This document shows positions 52,101 through 64,000 of a DNA stretch of 64,000 nt, in pieces. The position numbers were made by a program, and so were the translations under genes. The notes under the pieces were generated by a model. That model had not been told where the DNA came from. It did not search any database and was given only the letters and a program-made list of their open reading frames with translations. Source of the DNA: Diadema antillarum (Eukaryota); the NCBI RefSeq assembly GCF_040938485.1, contig NW_027272146.1, positions 62,001 through 126,000 of the forward strand, in the 5' to 3' direction. Each line of letters begins with the position of its first letter. Positions within the stretch are counted from its first letter, which is position 1.

Positions 52101-53869
52101 CACGACGCAGGGAGAGAGGAGATCAGCCAACGCAATCGTCTCAAACGTCCGTGTCGCAAATCTAAAACTCCCTAATATTTGGAATCGCACAAACGCTCAT
52201 TAAAAAAAAAAGTTTATTACAATCGCACATGTATAGCATGTTTTTTTTTGTGTGTGTATTAAAGTGTGTGTGTGAGTGTATGTGTGTGTTTTATGATATT
52301 CCTTATCGGTGTTTAGGCTAACCACTACGCGGGATGTCTTCGTTGGGAAATTTGTCAGACAGGGTTGACAGCAGTCTCAAATAGTCGTGATGTCACCCGT
52401 CAACGGATTAGGAGAAAGCGAGTCCTTTCACCTACGGTCGCTTCAATCATAAGCTTCAATGATCCATATCGCTGCAGCTCTCACCAACAAAGTCGGCTTT
52501 TTACAATTTCTTTGCTTGTCACCGTATCTATAATGAAAGGAAAGACAAGAGGTGAACAGAGGGGAAAACACTAAATGGAAGAGTCTGATGAACAGGAAGA
52601 GTGGAATGACGCCTTCGCACAGATATGAAATAGAGATATACAAACAAGACAGCGATAGAGATAATGAAACTGAGGAGACGAACGCAGGGCAGATGGAGAG
52701 AGTAATGTAACGTAGTATGTGTTCAAAATTACCAACAAATTCCATTTTCCTCAGCTGTTTGCAGTTCGACGTTTGATAAATGTTTGTTTGTGACAACGCC
52801 TTTGTTTATACTACCTTTCTATGGGTGGAGAATTAAATGAGCGGAATGAACATTCCTGGGTTCATTAACCGTGTAGTGTTATCAAAGTGTCATAGAGACA
52901 TTATTTTGCTTATTAGAGCATAAATATTTTCATGTGTATCGTTTGTACTTGCTCTCACTGTGTGCGCGCGTGGGAGTGTGTGTGTTCGATTGAGTAAAGT
53001 TGTGTGCGCGCGCATGGATACGTCCCCCAAGTCAGACACAGTGGAGTGTTCGTCCAATAGATTGTAGATGAATTGTTATCGATATAAATGGAGTGAATAT
53101 CGAAATATGCTGTATTTGTACATCATCGGTGGTCGTGGAAAGTAGCCAGTGACGAGGGCGGTTAATTCTTTCGATGTGCAGAGAGCGACGTCTACTACTT
53201 CTTAGAGTTTCGGTTTATTGTAGACCGTCAAGATTTCTGATAAAGTGTCGCCACCATTTTCCGACTACACGGCCACGGTTTGAATTTGAGTAAGTTGTGC
53301 GCCGGAACTGATTGCAGCAAGAAATCGAATTTTTCCATCGGGAGTGGCGGGCCAAGAAAGAGAAAGGAGAAGAGCAATAGTCACACACCGACACTGCTTC
53401 AGAGTAAGTATTGAATACGAACATATCGCGCCTTTTGACTCACCTGCAGTTTGGAGCCTCTCCCTCTGTCTCTCTGTTTTCAATCATAAAAACCATCCAT
53501 TATTACCACTATTATTAATGTCATTATCATTTTTATACATCATCAGGCTTTTAGATACTCTCCACAGTAAAACTGTATCACATATTATTAAAAAAAGGTA
53601 CATAAACAGATAAGATACATGAAATCATTACAATTTAGGAGAGAGATAAGATTCCAACAATTTCTGAAAAGTATGTTCTGAACTTGCGGAATTCATAAAA
53701 TTGGGAAGTTTGTTCTATTCCTTTGTTGTTGCTTTTGTAACAGTGAAAGTACGATCCTCAGGTTTCTTCGAGATCTGGGAAAGGAAAGACGGAAGGGGTC
53801 CGTACTAGAGCATTGGTTCCTTCTAATAGGCGCAAATGACTCAAAACAACTGCTTACGTATTTTGATGT

Positions 53870-54090
53870 CTGGTTATGTAAGGCTTAGTTTGTTAACCAA
53901 CAACAATGTCTTGAATGTAACTTTTTCCTTATCAACCTGAAGGCCAGTGAAGATACTTTGATAAGAGTGCGTGATAATGACGACTTCCCACCTTAACATG
54001 CGAGCAGCCCAATCCCGTAACCTTAATCTACCTAATTGTGCACATGTACCGCAGGTAAAAATACCATTACAATAGTCTGCCTTGGACAAT
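53870..54090 (-). mobile_element. Degenerate L2-type LINE fragment
   Basis: SKADYCNGIF...LGRL...AARM...KVTFKTLLLVNK resembles the L2 post-RT motif SRLDYCNSLL...RLQ..QN.AARL...RI.FK.L.L..K. Confidence 0.65.
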
Positions 54091-54731
54091 ACATGACTTC
54101 CTATTATTATACATGACTACGAGGATCTTCAGTTATCCTTATTTGCCACATACGCCTCGTAAATGAAACGGAACAGATTTTTACTATTTTTTTTTTCTTC
54201 GTTGAACTCAAGCTCTTTCTATTCATTTATATTTTCTGCATCTGCACCAATGCCCTTAAGACCATCTGGTTTCCTTGGTTCAAGAATAAGATACAACAGT
54301 GCATCATCATTATGATTATGTGTGATATGATCGATTTAAAAATGTCCGCAACAGCAAGTGTGTAAATGCTATACCCTGGGGTCCAAAGATAGACCCTTGT
54401 GGGAGAAGGTTTGGAGTTAACCACCGCTGAAGACTGTTTACCTAATTTTTAACAGATAAAATCATCAAGGTATGATTTGATCCATTGTCGTGATGTGTCA
54501 TGAATGCACAACCTGCTCGACAAGCGAGACTTCAGACCATGGTATATTTTGTTACCAATCAACAATACAGAAGAAATGAAAAAAAAAAAAAAGTGTCAAT
54601 GATAGCTTTTATGTTTTGTGTACCAGAAATCGACTACTATTTTATATTTATTCGGTAATGAATAAAGGTGACTTTTAAAAATAATGATGATAACAATAAT
54701 AACAATGATAATGATAATAACAATAATGATA

Positions 54732-54800
<69 letters not shown>

Positions 54801-56612
54801 CATTTAATAAATGCCTTGTCCGCCTTGGACTACTTAACATAACAATGTTGGAATTTCGGAGGTTAAGTATTTTTTCCAAGTTCATCATAGTGACTGTTCA
54901 TCATGTTCATTATTTGCTATGGTGTCCCATGCCATGTTTAAAATCGACACCCTGGTTAAGTGACTATATCGGTGCCTTTTGAGAAGCTTATGTAACTCGC
55001 TTTTCTTTTACACACATACAGACAAAGATAACACACTACCAAACCTAAAAAACGCACCTTAGTTTGAATATCTTGAAAGGAGTTATTATTATGATTACTA
55101 TTTATTATGTGAAGATGTTAATGAGTTATTATCGTGACCTTTGAAAAATCATTTCTTTAGAGTTGTTGACTGAGATGTGTCAAACAATCTTTAATCATGA
55201 TGTTACGCGTATACACGAGTTATGATATCTCCCATTAACGAGATGTGAATTGAATATGCCATGAAATTCTGCTTGTTTATAATAATCGCTAGATCGTGTC
55301 TATGTGCGCTACGTTTAAGAAAGTTAAAGTGAAACTAAGCTCCCGCTGGCTGTTAGAAATTACACTTCAATCGATTATTCAAAGGAATGCTGTTATAACT
55401 GCGAATCAGGAAACAATGAATTTATACAATGAGATTTCATCTTCATAAACTTAAGAGTTATCATAGCAACAAGCAACGTTCATCAATCAGTGGCAATAAG
55501 CTACATGTCGTAAATTAATTACGAAATTGAAGTGGTTGATACGTGATATAAAGCTATATACATGAACTTGTTGCCGTATAATATACCAAGCTGTTAACAT
55601 GGAAAACGAATAATGGTAGTTTAAAGCATGAGGCAACATCTTAAGGCCAGAAGGGCGCTGACCCTGCATTACAAGAAGACAGAACGTAAGATGTGGAGTC
55701 AAAGTAATGGCCGCTGGATTCATATTGAAGAAATTGAGCCGAGGAAAAAGACAAAAACCTATCCATTTGGAGCCTATGTCAAACTAAAACCTGTATGGGA
55801 TATACGCCATGAACTCAAATAGTGGCAGTGATAATGTGAGGGAAGAAATAAACTATAATCATCTATATGTTTTGGAGCCAGTCAACCGCTAACGAGCGTG
55901 ACAAGCCCTACTTTTTATTAGTCACTAATAGACAAAATTCGACTTAAGAGACGAATTAAGGTTTGCAAATCAGCGGCCCGTGTTTCTGGCCAAAAACACC
56001 AGCATAAAAAGAAACACTACAACAGGGCGGTTGTGCAACGACCAGACAGCCATCAAGCAATTTATGTAAGACATCTGACATGTCAAATCTCACCATGTAT
56101 ATAATCAAGACTCACGAACAAATCCAAAATGTAAATTGCTCTAAATTGCTTGCTTTCAACTTTCAAGCCAGGATGTTGCGAATTCTACTCTATTGTCAAG
56201 AATAGTGTGGCCTGAATTGCGATGATAATCATTTCACTGAAAAGAAAAGAAACAAATGAATAATATATAAGCAGCGCCATCAGTTTAAATGAGAAGAATG
56301 AGAAATACTTTCTAATTGCAATGAAAAACAGGCAAACGAGGACCTATTGCTGCTAATGGATATCAAAAAATTGAAAAACAGAAACGAACGAATCCGATCA
56401 ATTGCCACCTTAGTACAGACAGAATGTCTGATCAGCTCAAAGTTTCTAAGGAGAGTCGAGAGATGGCAAAAACCAACTCATTAATGTATTGCCTCAGGCG
56501 GATTATAGAGAATGGTGATTTTTTTTTCTTACAGTTTGATGATTATTGAAAGAGTATAGCATATATACGGTTAGAGTAGGGTTTTTTATGACCAGTCACT
56601 CGTCACGTAGTT

Positions 56613-57006
56613 TTAAAGGGATTGTATAGTATTGGTGGAGATGAGAATTGGGCTTTTAACTTTTTGTGAGATACCAAGAAACCAGTTATAAAATTGTACA
56701 GAGCATATCATTTTAAGAAGAATTCCAAGTTTATTCGATGAAAATCGGTTTTGGAATTGCTGAGACATCCAAAAACAAAGTAAAACCAAGCAATCCTCAT
56801 AAAAGGTGGGTCCTGTTTTTATTAGGAATGCTCTTTTTTCAATTGGATATCTCAACCATTTTAAAACCGATTTTCATCAAATAAACGTCGAATCCCTCTC
56901 GGAATTACATGATCTTTCATATTTCATGAGAGGTTTCTTATCATCTCATCAAAAAATGTTAGAAACCTGAGGTTAGGTCTCAACCAAAACTATGCGCTCC
57001 CTTTAA
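56613..57006. mobile_element. TTAA-flanked long-TIR MITE (Kolobok-like)
   Basis: TTAAAGGGA...TCCCTTTAA termini with an imperfect inverted match extending inward. A related fragment lies near 59320-59500. Confidence 0.6.
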
Positions 57007-58937
57007 GCATAGGAACTTTGTATAATGAATTATTGTGAGTTCTAAACCGTATTTAGTTTAAGGTATTGTTTCTTACTTTAGTTTAGGTAGCTTTCAGTCG
57101 TTCCAGGTTTTCCAAGGCGATGGAGCTGCATGAAGAGTTTCCATTCACATTTCTAGTTTGCACAATTATACGGGCTTTGTTGAGCATAATTTTGGTATTC
57201 TGATCAGTTTGGGCTCCTCTCAGAAGCGATAGGCATGGTAATTTGGTGGCCGAAAGGTTACGTTGGACCTTATAAACTTAGATACGGACTCGATGGCTCA
57301 CCACCGCATTGGCACTGGGCGTCTCGGCAGACCGCGGTAGCTGTGGGCGTGGACGTTCACGTTGCAATGTAAGCAGAATACTATCTGGAGTATGAGACTC
57401 GAAACAAATGGGTTTCACAGAAGGAGCATATATTGACCAACTAGCTTCCATGACATACAAGAAAAAGGTTCGTAATCGCTGGTTTCATTCAATAGCTGGA
57501 AGGGAGATGGGGAAAATGGGTGGAAGTTAAAATGGACCACGGCATTAACTCGATTAAAAACACAAACAAACTGAGGTGATGATTTCGTCAAATAACTTTC
57601 TCATTTCATGGTATTTGCACAAAAAAGATCATCAAATGCGTATTTGTGGACAATAATTCGGCAATTATGACTTGATCTTCCAAAAGTCATTGAGGAAAAA
57701 TGATTGATAGGTCTTTGTTACACGACGAAAGAAAAAAAAATGATGTGAATTGTATGATTCAATCTTTTTCCTTCTACGTGAAAAAAGGTAACTTCGGTTA
57801 GATTTTTTTAATTTTCCGCACACCGTGCAGTTATCATTATTACCATCTTTAGTAGGGATACAATATGTACCACTTTCTATTAAGGTCACTGTTTACCATT
57901 TGGAGCAGTAATTAAAGAAAATGTTATAGTTATCTTATAAAATGCGTATGTATAGTTTAATTGAATCACAAAAACACTCTACGACCTAAAAAAATGCAAT
58001 AAAGCCACAAATATGAGGAGATGATATCACTTATCTTCTCAATAAACCATAACTGTAGACGGTCTAATCTACAAACTCTTTTGATACAGTTATTTTTCAC
58101 ATTTTGTATGTCTAATAATTTACGGTATACTTAAGGTTGATTATACTGATTAACATTTTTACATTGATTGTTTCTATCTCAAACTCACATTCAAGAACTA
58201 TTTTGAAGCACTAAAGCTGTTTATTTTTTAAATCTGCAAATGATAATCAGCGACTTGCCATGAAGGTCAGGACGACACTGAGAACTTCCATCCAAAACTT
58301 TCCCCTTCTTACCCTCCAGCAACAAATGCAAATTATACGCCGAATACTGAATGGCGAGAAGTAATTTCATTTTCTGCAAAAGCAATTATTTCCTTTCATC
58401 TTCCGATCAGCTCTTAGATATCTTCGTACAAGTAATTACGCCGTCCCTGTTTGAATAATTCATGGAGCCAAAGGTAGGTTTTGAGAATTTTTATGTCTCA
58501 TTCAGAGCAAAAGAGAACTTAGAAGGGAAAGCACTTCTTCCCTATTTGTCGTATTCTATGCATATCAATTATCGTTTGAGAAAGAGCTTCAAATTAATGA
58601 AAAATTCACTTTACAAACAGTCCAATAGGTTATTTGAAATGCATTCAATTTTTGTTAATCTTATCTAGTTCTTACCTGATGCCTCAATAACAGACGTATG
58701 CGACAACAACTACACAATTGCAAGAAAAATTAATAGAGTCAACCTGAAAGAAATGGCTGTCAAAGGGATATCGCTTCTCAACAAACCCATTGAATTCAAA
58801 TTAATGAAATTCTTCCGTCGAGATATTTTCATTGCAACTGATTGACAAATTGCCCTACATCGACGTAAATAAGCATCGAATTGATCAGTGTTTTAGTAGT
58901 AGCCATGATAAAAAAAAAATATCATGGGCGTACATAA

Positions 58938-59010
58938 TCGAGCAGGATTCGAACCTACGACCTCCTGATCACCGGACAGACGTCATCTCCACTAGACCAC
59001 CGAGCTTCCA
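58938..59010 (-). mobile_element. tRNA-derived SINE head
   Basis: A box TGGTCTAGTGG and B box GGTTCGAATCC at tRNA spacing. The acceptor stem does not pair, and the sequence continues into an unrelated body. Confidence 0.7.
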
Positions 59011-61873
59011 CTGAAAACCCATTATATCTCTTGTCATTGTTGAGGGTGAACTATTGTTTGCATTTAAAAAAAAAAATCAGAAATGATTGGGACCTGCGCG
59101 GAAGTACACGGCGACTTGCGAATGGCCGAAACAGTAGACTCAAGATAGTTACCAAACAAGGCAGAGCGAATTGTTCACGTATTGTTGAACAGACAGAATT
59201 CCAAAGGGATCGATGGTATAGTTTTCGTTGAGATAGGGATTCAGATTTAACTATTTGCGAGATGATTAGAAACAACTTATGAAATATGAAAGAGCATACA
59301 ATTTTAAGACTAATTCAAAGTTTATTTGATTAAACTCAGTTTGAAATGGCGTACATAATATCAAAAAAAAAAACAACAAACAAAAACAAAACAAAATGGT
59401 GTTAATAAAAGGTAGGTCCCATCTTTTATCAGGACATCTTTGTTTTTAGATATCACAGCCATTTCAAAACGAATTTCATCAAATAAACTTTGAATTCCTC
59501 TTAAAATTGTATGCTTTTTAATATTTCACAAGAGGTTTTCAGTATCTCACACACACACACACAAAAAAATGGAAACCTGAAGCCCCGTCTCAACCAAAAC
59601 TATACCAACCCTCTAAGATACTTAACCCTTTCTGCGCTAGGGACTCCTTACAGTATGTATACAGTGGGGTTTTCTGTGTCTGGAGTTATCTGTGTCAGGT
59701 CGCAGTCAAAGCACACAAAGATTAATTGAAGGCAAGGATGCTTGATGCTCCAAGAAATATTTATGACATAATCCGTGATGGCAGACCGTTAGGTGATGGA
59801 TGGTTTCATGGTTTGTATTCTGCTGTTATGTTCGTTATTCCGAAGGTATATTATTCTGAAACACACAAAATCCGTACACCCAGATGTTCCTTAGTCCCCC
59901 CCCCCAAAAAAAAAAAATAAAAAAATGTATATATATATATATATATATTGGTTTCGTAAGCTCTGCCTAATGTGTAGGGTTATTTTGACGATTCGTCATT
60001 CCGAAGGTTCATTAGTTCTTCGAGGAAATGATATTCGGATTATCGAATCTTTATAGAACTCTCGAGCCTATGGTACAACAAACCTTATTTCATTTTCGGA
60101 TTAACATATCTTCGGAATAACGAGCTTATTTCGTTTTCGGAATAATGAATCTTCGGATTATTGAAACGAATCCTGTTTCAGAAGGTAAAAACAGGCTAGC
60201 TGAAATGCCGAGAATGCGTATGTCCTTTACAGGACCACACTGGCATCAAAGAAAGAATAGATGGTGAACCGTCAAACCACTCGCTACTAAATCATAATGA
60301 AGTTTTGATGATTTCATAGCAAGCAATTCAAGGCCGAGGGAAGTAAACTATACCCAAACATAATACCTTTTGCTCAAGTCTACTTTTCCCCCCATCGGAC
60401 AGATGAAGAAAGTGAATGGAGTTACATTCTTAAGTCTTCTTGACGAGAATGGCTGAAATTGAACACATTCATCGGCAGAATATCATATTGGCTCATCATA
60501 AGCTGTTATTTATGTCATCTAGAGTAAAAGTAACGTCCGGAGACCATGGAGATTGAACTGATGATAAAACAAGTTGTCTGACCGTTGTCAATGGTTGTTC
60601 TCTTAATTCAATGTGAGATAGATATAGATTTCATTGTAATGATGATGATGATGCTGTAATGATTGGGAATGAAGGAAGGATAGAAGCTCACGTGACAACC
60701 ATGAGTATTGAAGTTATCGAAATATCTCTGTCACCCAGTTACGGTTTATGGATCAGAGAAAGCTCATGAATAACCATTCTCTGATTTCCATTCTAAGCAA
60801 TCACAGAAATTGAGAAGGCTTTCAGCGTAATCGCATAAAAGCAAATAGCAAGAAGAAGAAGAAGAAAAACAAACAAACAAACAAACAAAAACAAAAAAAA
60901 AATAAAGAACAAAACCCACAAAGCAAAAGCGAAGCTAAGCAAATTCATTCTCGATTTAAAAATAAAAAAGGAAAACAAAAAACCTTGCACCACAAGGCAA
61001 AGGTTTGCAAACGTATAGATATTTCTATCAGATTGCGCTTTTTATTGCCAGTGTGAATCGGGTCCATGTCAGTCAAAAATAAAATGATTTCAAAGGCTTG
61101 ATCTCTTATTATGAAGGGTGTCCTGTCTGACCTACCAAATGCCCTACTCAGGGACATGCACGCCCTAGGTTACAAAGGATTGGTTTAGCACACAGATCGT
61201 TGTAATGCTATTTAGGTTTGCGGAAATGAGGCGTGGCTGCCATGCACGTCGTCTGGGGCTGCATAGATCAGGACACCACTATGAAAGTCGATCTTCGCGA
61301 ACAGAAATATTCAACAGGGGATGGAATTTCAATGTCTGTTGCACCGTAGTAACCATGTTTATGGCATATTTATCCCTTACATGAATCTTGTTCTCCGTAT
61401 ACCTCCCTACCTCCCTACCTACCTACCTTGGCAACATCGCCCTATACCTTAAAACGGTTTACCCGTGGAATTTATAATTCAACTCCATTTGTCTTCTCAG
61501 TGTTCAAACAAGGGAAATCTCAGAACTTATAGGTGAATTTGATGGGCCATGAACTAGCGTTGATATCTGCAATGACCTCGCTTGGCAAAGAGGTTATTAA
61601 AGGTAAAGACGACCGAAGTATAAATAAATCTTCGTTTAAGTATGTACGTACCTATGCACACCTGCAACCTCACATCTCCCCTTCCCCACCTCTCTCTATA
61701 CATACATAAATACACGCACGCACATATACATCCAAGATAGGTATAGATAATCCTATTTTCGGCGTACTTGTGCTTTGGCGTCTTATCCGCTACCGGCGGT
61801 TTTACGCTGTGGCGATCTTCAGGTAGACTGACTTTTCACCAATCCTCAACAAACTATATTCCCGACGGATATA

Positions 61874-61938
<65 letters not shown>

Positions 61939-62049
61939 AAATATGTGTATGGGTGTGTTTTCTGCTCGAGCTGTAGTGAGTGTGAAACGACAAAACTCTG
62001 GTCTCCATACGTATATGTAAGCATCTATTTGCAGACACAAGAAACAACA

Positions 62050-62270
62050 TGCGCTCTATGAAGTCAGAAATTGTTCTTCATCAGACTCCTTTAAAAGCAG
62101 TCTAAAAACTCACTTGTTTAAAGCCTCAATTTGATTACTCATTACATGTATTTGATATTTGTATGTCTTTTATCTCCTTCACTTTCTCTTCCTTCCGCGC
62201 CTAGAGCGCTCTGCAGAGTGGATTTGGCGCTATATAAATCATATCAATTATTATTATTATTATTATTAAA
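62050..62270 (+). mobile_element. L2-type LINE 3' end in the GnRH upstream region or intron
   Basis: Frame SFKSSLKTHLF, followed by agagcgct...ggcgctatataaat and an (ATT)n tail. Confidence 0.65.
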
Positions 62271-62757
62271 GACATGCTATATGAAAAACAAAGTTTAGAA
62301 CTTTTATATTTTGAGATGAAATTTTTAACTTGTGAGGGCAGAGAACATGCGAGCCATGTGACGAAGCAGAATAAATAGATCAATTGATTTCAATTATTTG
62401 GACAAATTGGCAAATTTATGATTGCAATTCCTTTACTTTTGCAAAAATGTCTTTCTTCTAAATGCTGTAGTCCCTCTGAATGTCAAAATGGTGACTAACA
62501 AACACGGATGCACTGCTAAAAAATAGGAAAAGATATCTCAACATTAATTCGAAGCGTCAGTCAGATTAGGTCAGTGATTTATCTCTGCCATGATGTACAA
62601 CACGAAATGAGTGATGATATTTCACAGATTACGGGAAACTTTATACAAAATATCTAACCTTTCTTGAATTACATACGTAAAGCCTCACCAACGGTTTAAA
62701 GAAGAAAAACAAAAGTTTTTTGTTTTTGTTTTCTGCATTATTTCTTTACAGAGAACT

Positions 62758-62937
62758 ATGAATCCCACCACGAATGTGACGATTCTACTTCTGTTCGTGA
62801 CAGTGGTTATTCTGAGTCATTTTCAGCCATCACAATGCCAAATTCACCACAGATTTAATTGCTGGAGGCCAGGCGGCAGAAAGCGATCTGATCCCGACAG
62901 CTCACCGGCTCCTCTTACAAATAGCAGAGACCAGCTC
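62758..62937 (+). CDS. GnRH: GnRH-type neuropeptide precursor, peptide-coding exon (signal peptide + pQIHHRFNCWRPG-amide + GRKR cleavage site); downstream exons not seen
   Basis: Acceptor tttacag at 62750-62751, ATG at 62758, and a 27-aa hydrophobic signal peptide. The mature 12-mer at 62839-62874 starts with Gln and ends WRPG, followed by a G amide donor and RKR. GTGAGT donor at 62938. It closely resembles the recalled sea urchin GnRH pQVHHRFSGWRPG-NH2. Confidence 0.92.
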
Positions 62938-64000
62938 GTGAGTATATACACGTATGACATGCTTTTACATCTCGAAGAGTTCCTTTTGATATTCTTCCCG
63001 GAGTCGTTCCCGTTCTTTCCCGGAGACCTTCCCTTTTTTCTTTTTTTAAAAAGACGTTATATATCAGAAAAAAGTTTTATTAACTCTGATTGGTCTGGTG
63101 GAAGTTATTAGTTTTCTCTAATGATTTACAAATTTAATACATCTAATCGCATTTCATTAATTGTTTCTGCCTTTAAAAGAAGAAAATGAAAATATAGACA
63201 TCCGACTCTTTGCCAAATATATCAAGGCTAGATATTAGGAATTGCTCTCTTGGTCATTGAATGGACGTCAGACTCAAGTCAAAATAATCAAGATCCTTCC
63301 ACTTTCTTCCACAAAGGTACAGATCCAATGGAAGAGTCTAAGGTGGGAACGGGTTTTGGGGATGACGACTCGTTTAAACGTTGCACTATAATGTAATACA
63401 AGAGGGATTTTGTTTCGTGCATGCCATGGCTCCGAGTCGGATCTCCAAATACTAAACAACTATTACCAATGCACTAATGTTTCATTAGTGTGTTCAAATA
63501 TGACTTAAGGATATTTCTTCGCAGTTATATCTTTTTCAACTCACTTAATGCCATGGCACATTCTTTTAGATTTAGAAAGAAAGAAAAATATTCAATGTAC
63601 AGTTTAATCTTCATAAGAAGTGTCTTTACTCTTACCTTGGTTTTATTTTGACCAGTTTCTTACTCTTAATTTTTCACTCGTCTTCTTCCGGAAATGCTTT
63701 GAGAAAGCAGTTCAAGAATTGAAAGAGGGGAAGACAAAGTCCACCCGCTGACTAGTCAACAACGGTCATAATTCATCTCTGTTACCCCCCTTTTTCTCCA
63801 CTCCCCCCCCCCCCAATAATCTGACACAGGAAAAAAAAATAAGAAAAAAGATGCCACAACACGATTTGGGATGAACTGAATGCGAGAGACAAGAAAAAAA
63901 GATGCGGCCTGATCGATCAAAGGATCACTCGACCCAAGATCTCTGTCCCTTGAGTGCCGCTAAAAATCAGTCAGTCTGTTTTGTACGAGTCTAATGCCAT

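Noticed and set aside
55628-55822. 64-aa ORF MRQHLKARR...
   Set aside because: No recognisable domain, splice context or codon evidence.
58938-59010. Functional tRNA gene
   Set aside because: The acceptor stem cannot pair and the anticodon stem is imperfect, consistent with a SINE head.
62938-63111. C-terminal part of the 117-aa ORF as GnRH precursor sequence
   Set aside because: It begins at a consensus GTGAGT donor and is low-complexity and T-rich, so it is intron read-through.

Overview
AT-rich, intron-containing animal genomic DNA with three N gaps. It is most likely a sea urchin (echinoid), inferred from the GnRH peptide sequence. Four genes are supportable from hand-spliced exons. (1) First coding exon (BRCT start) of a DNA polymerase mu/TdT-like gene on the minus strand, running off the left edge. 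(2) A complete two-exon SMIM8 CDS (101 aa) head-to-head with it. (3) A three-exon, 308-aa calcineurin-like metallophosphoesterase resembling mycobacterial PptH (ACP phosphodiesterase) on the minus strand, possibly with an extra N-terminal membrane anchor. (4) The peptide-coding exon of a GnRH-type neuropeptide precursor with an unusual Cys (pQIHHRFNCWRPG-amide). The rest is transposon-rich intergenic or intronic DNA: a 3.9-kb decayed Academ-like element with about 1.2-kb fold-back arms, nested MITEs, L2-type LINE fragments, a tRNA-derived SINE head and microsatellites. Two 30-38 bp TIR-only relics with 7-bp target duplications look like P-element-type excision footprints. No CRISPR array, rRNA or functional tRNA was seen. 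Family assignments rest on motif recognition by eye, not database searches.
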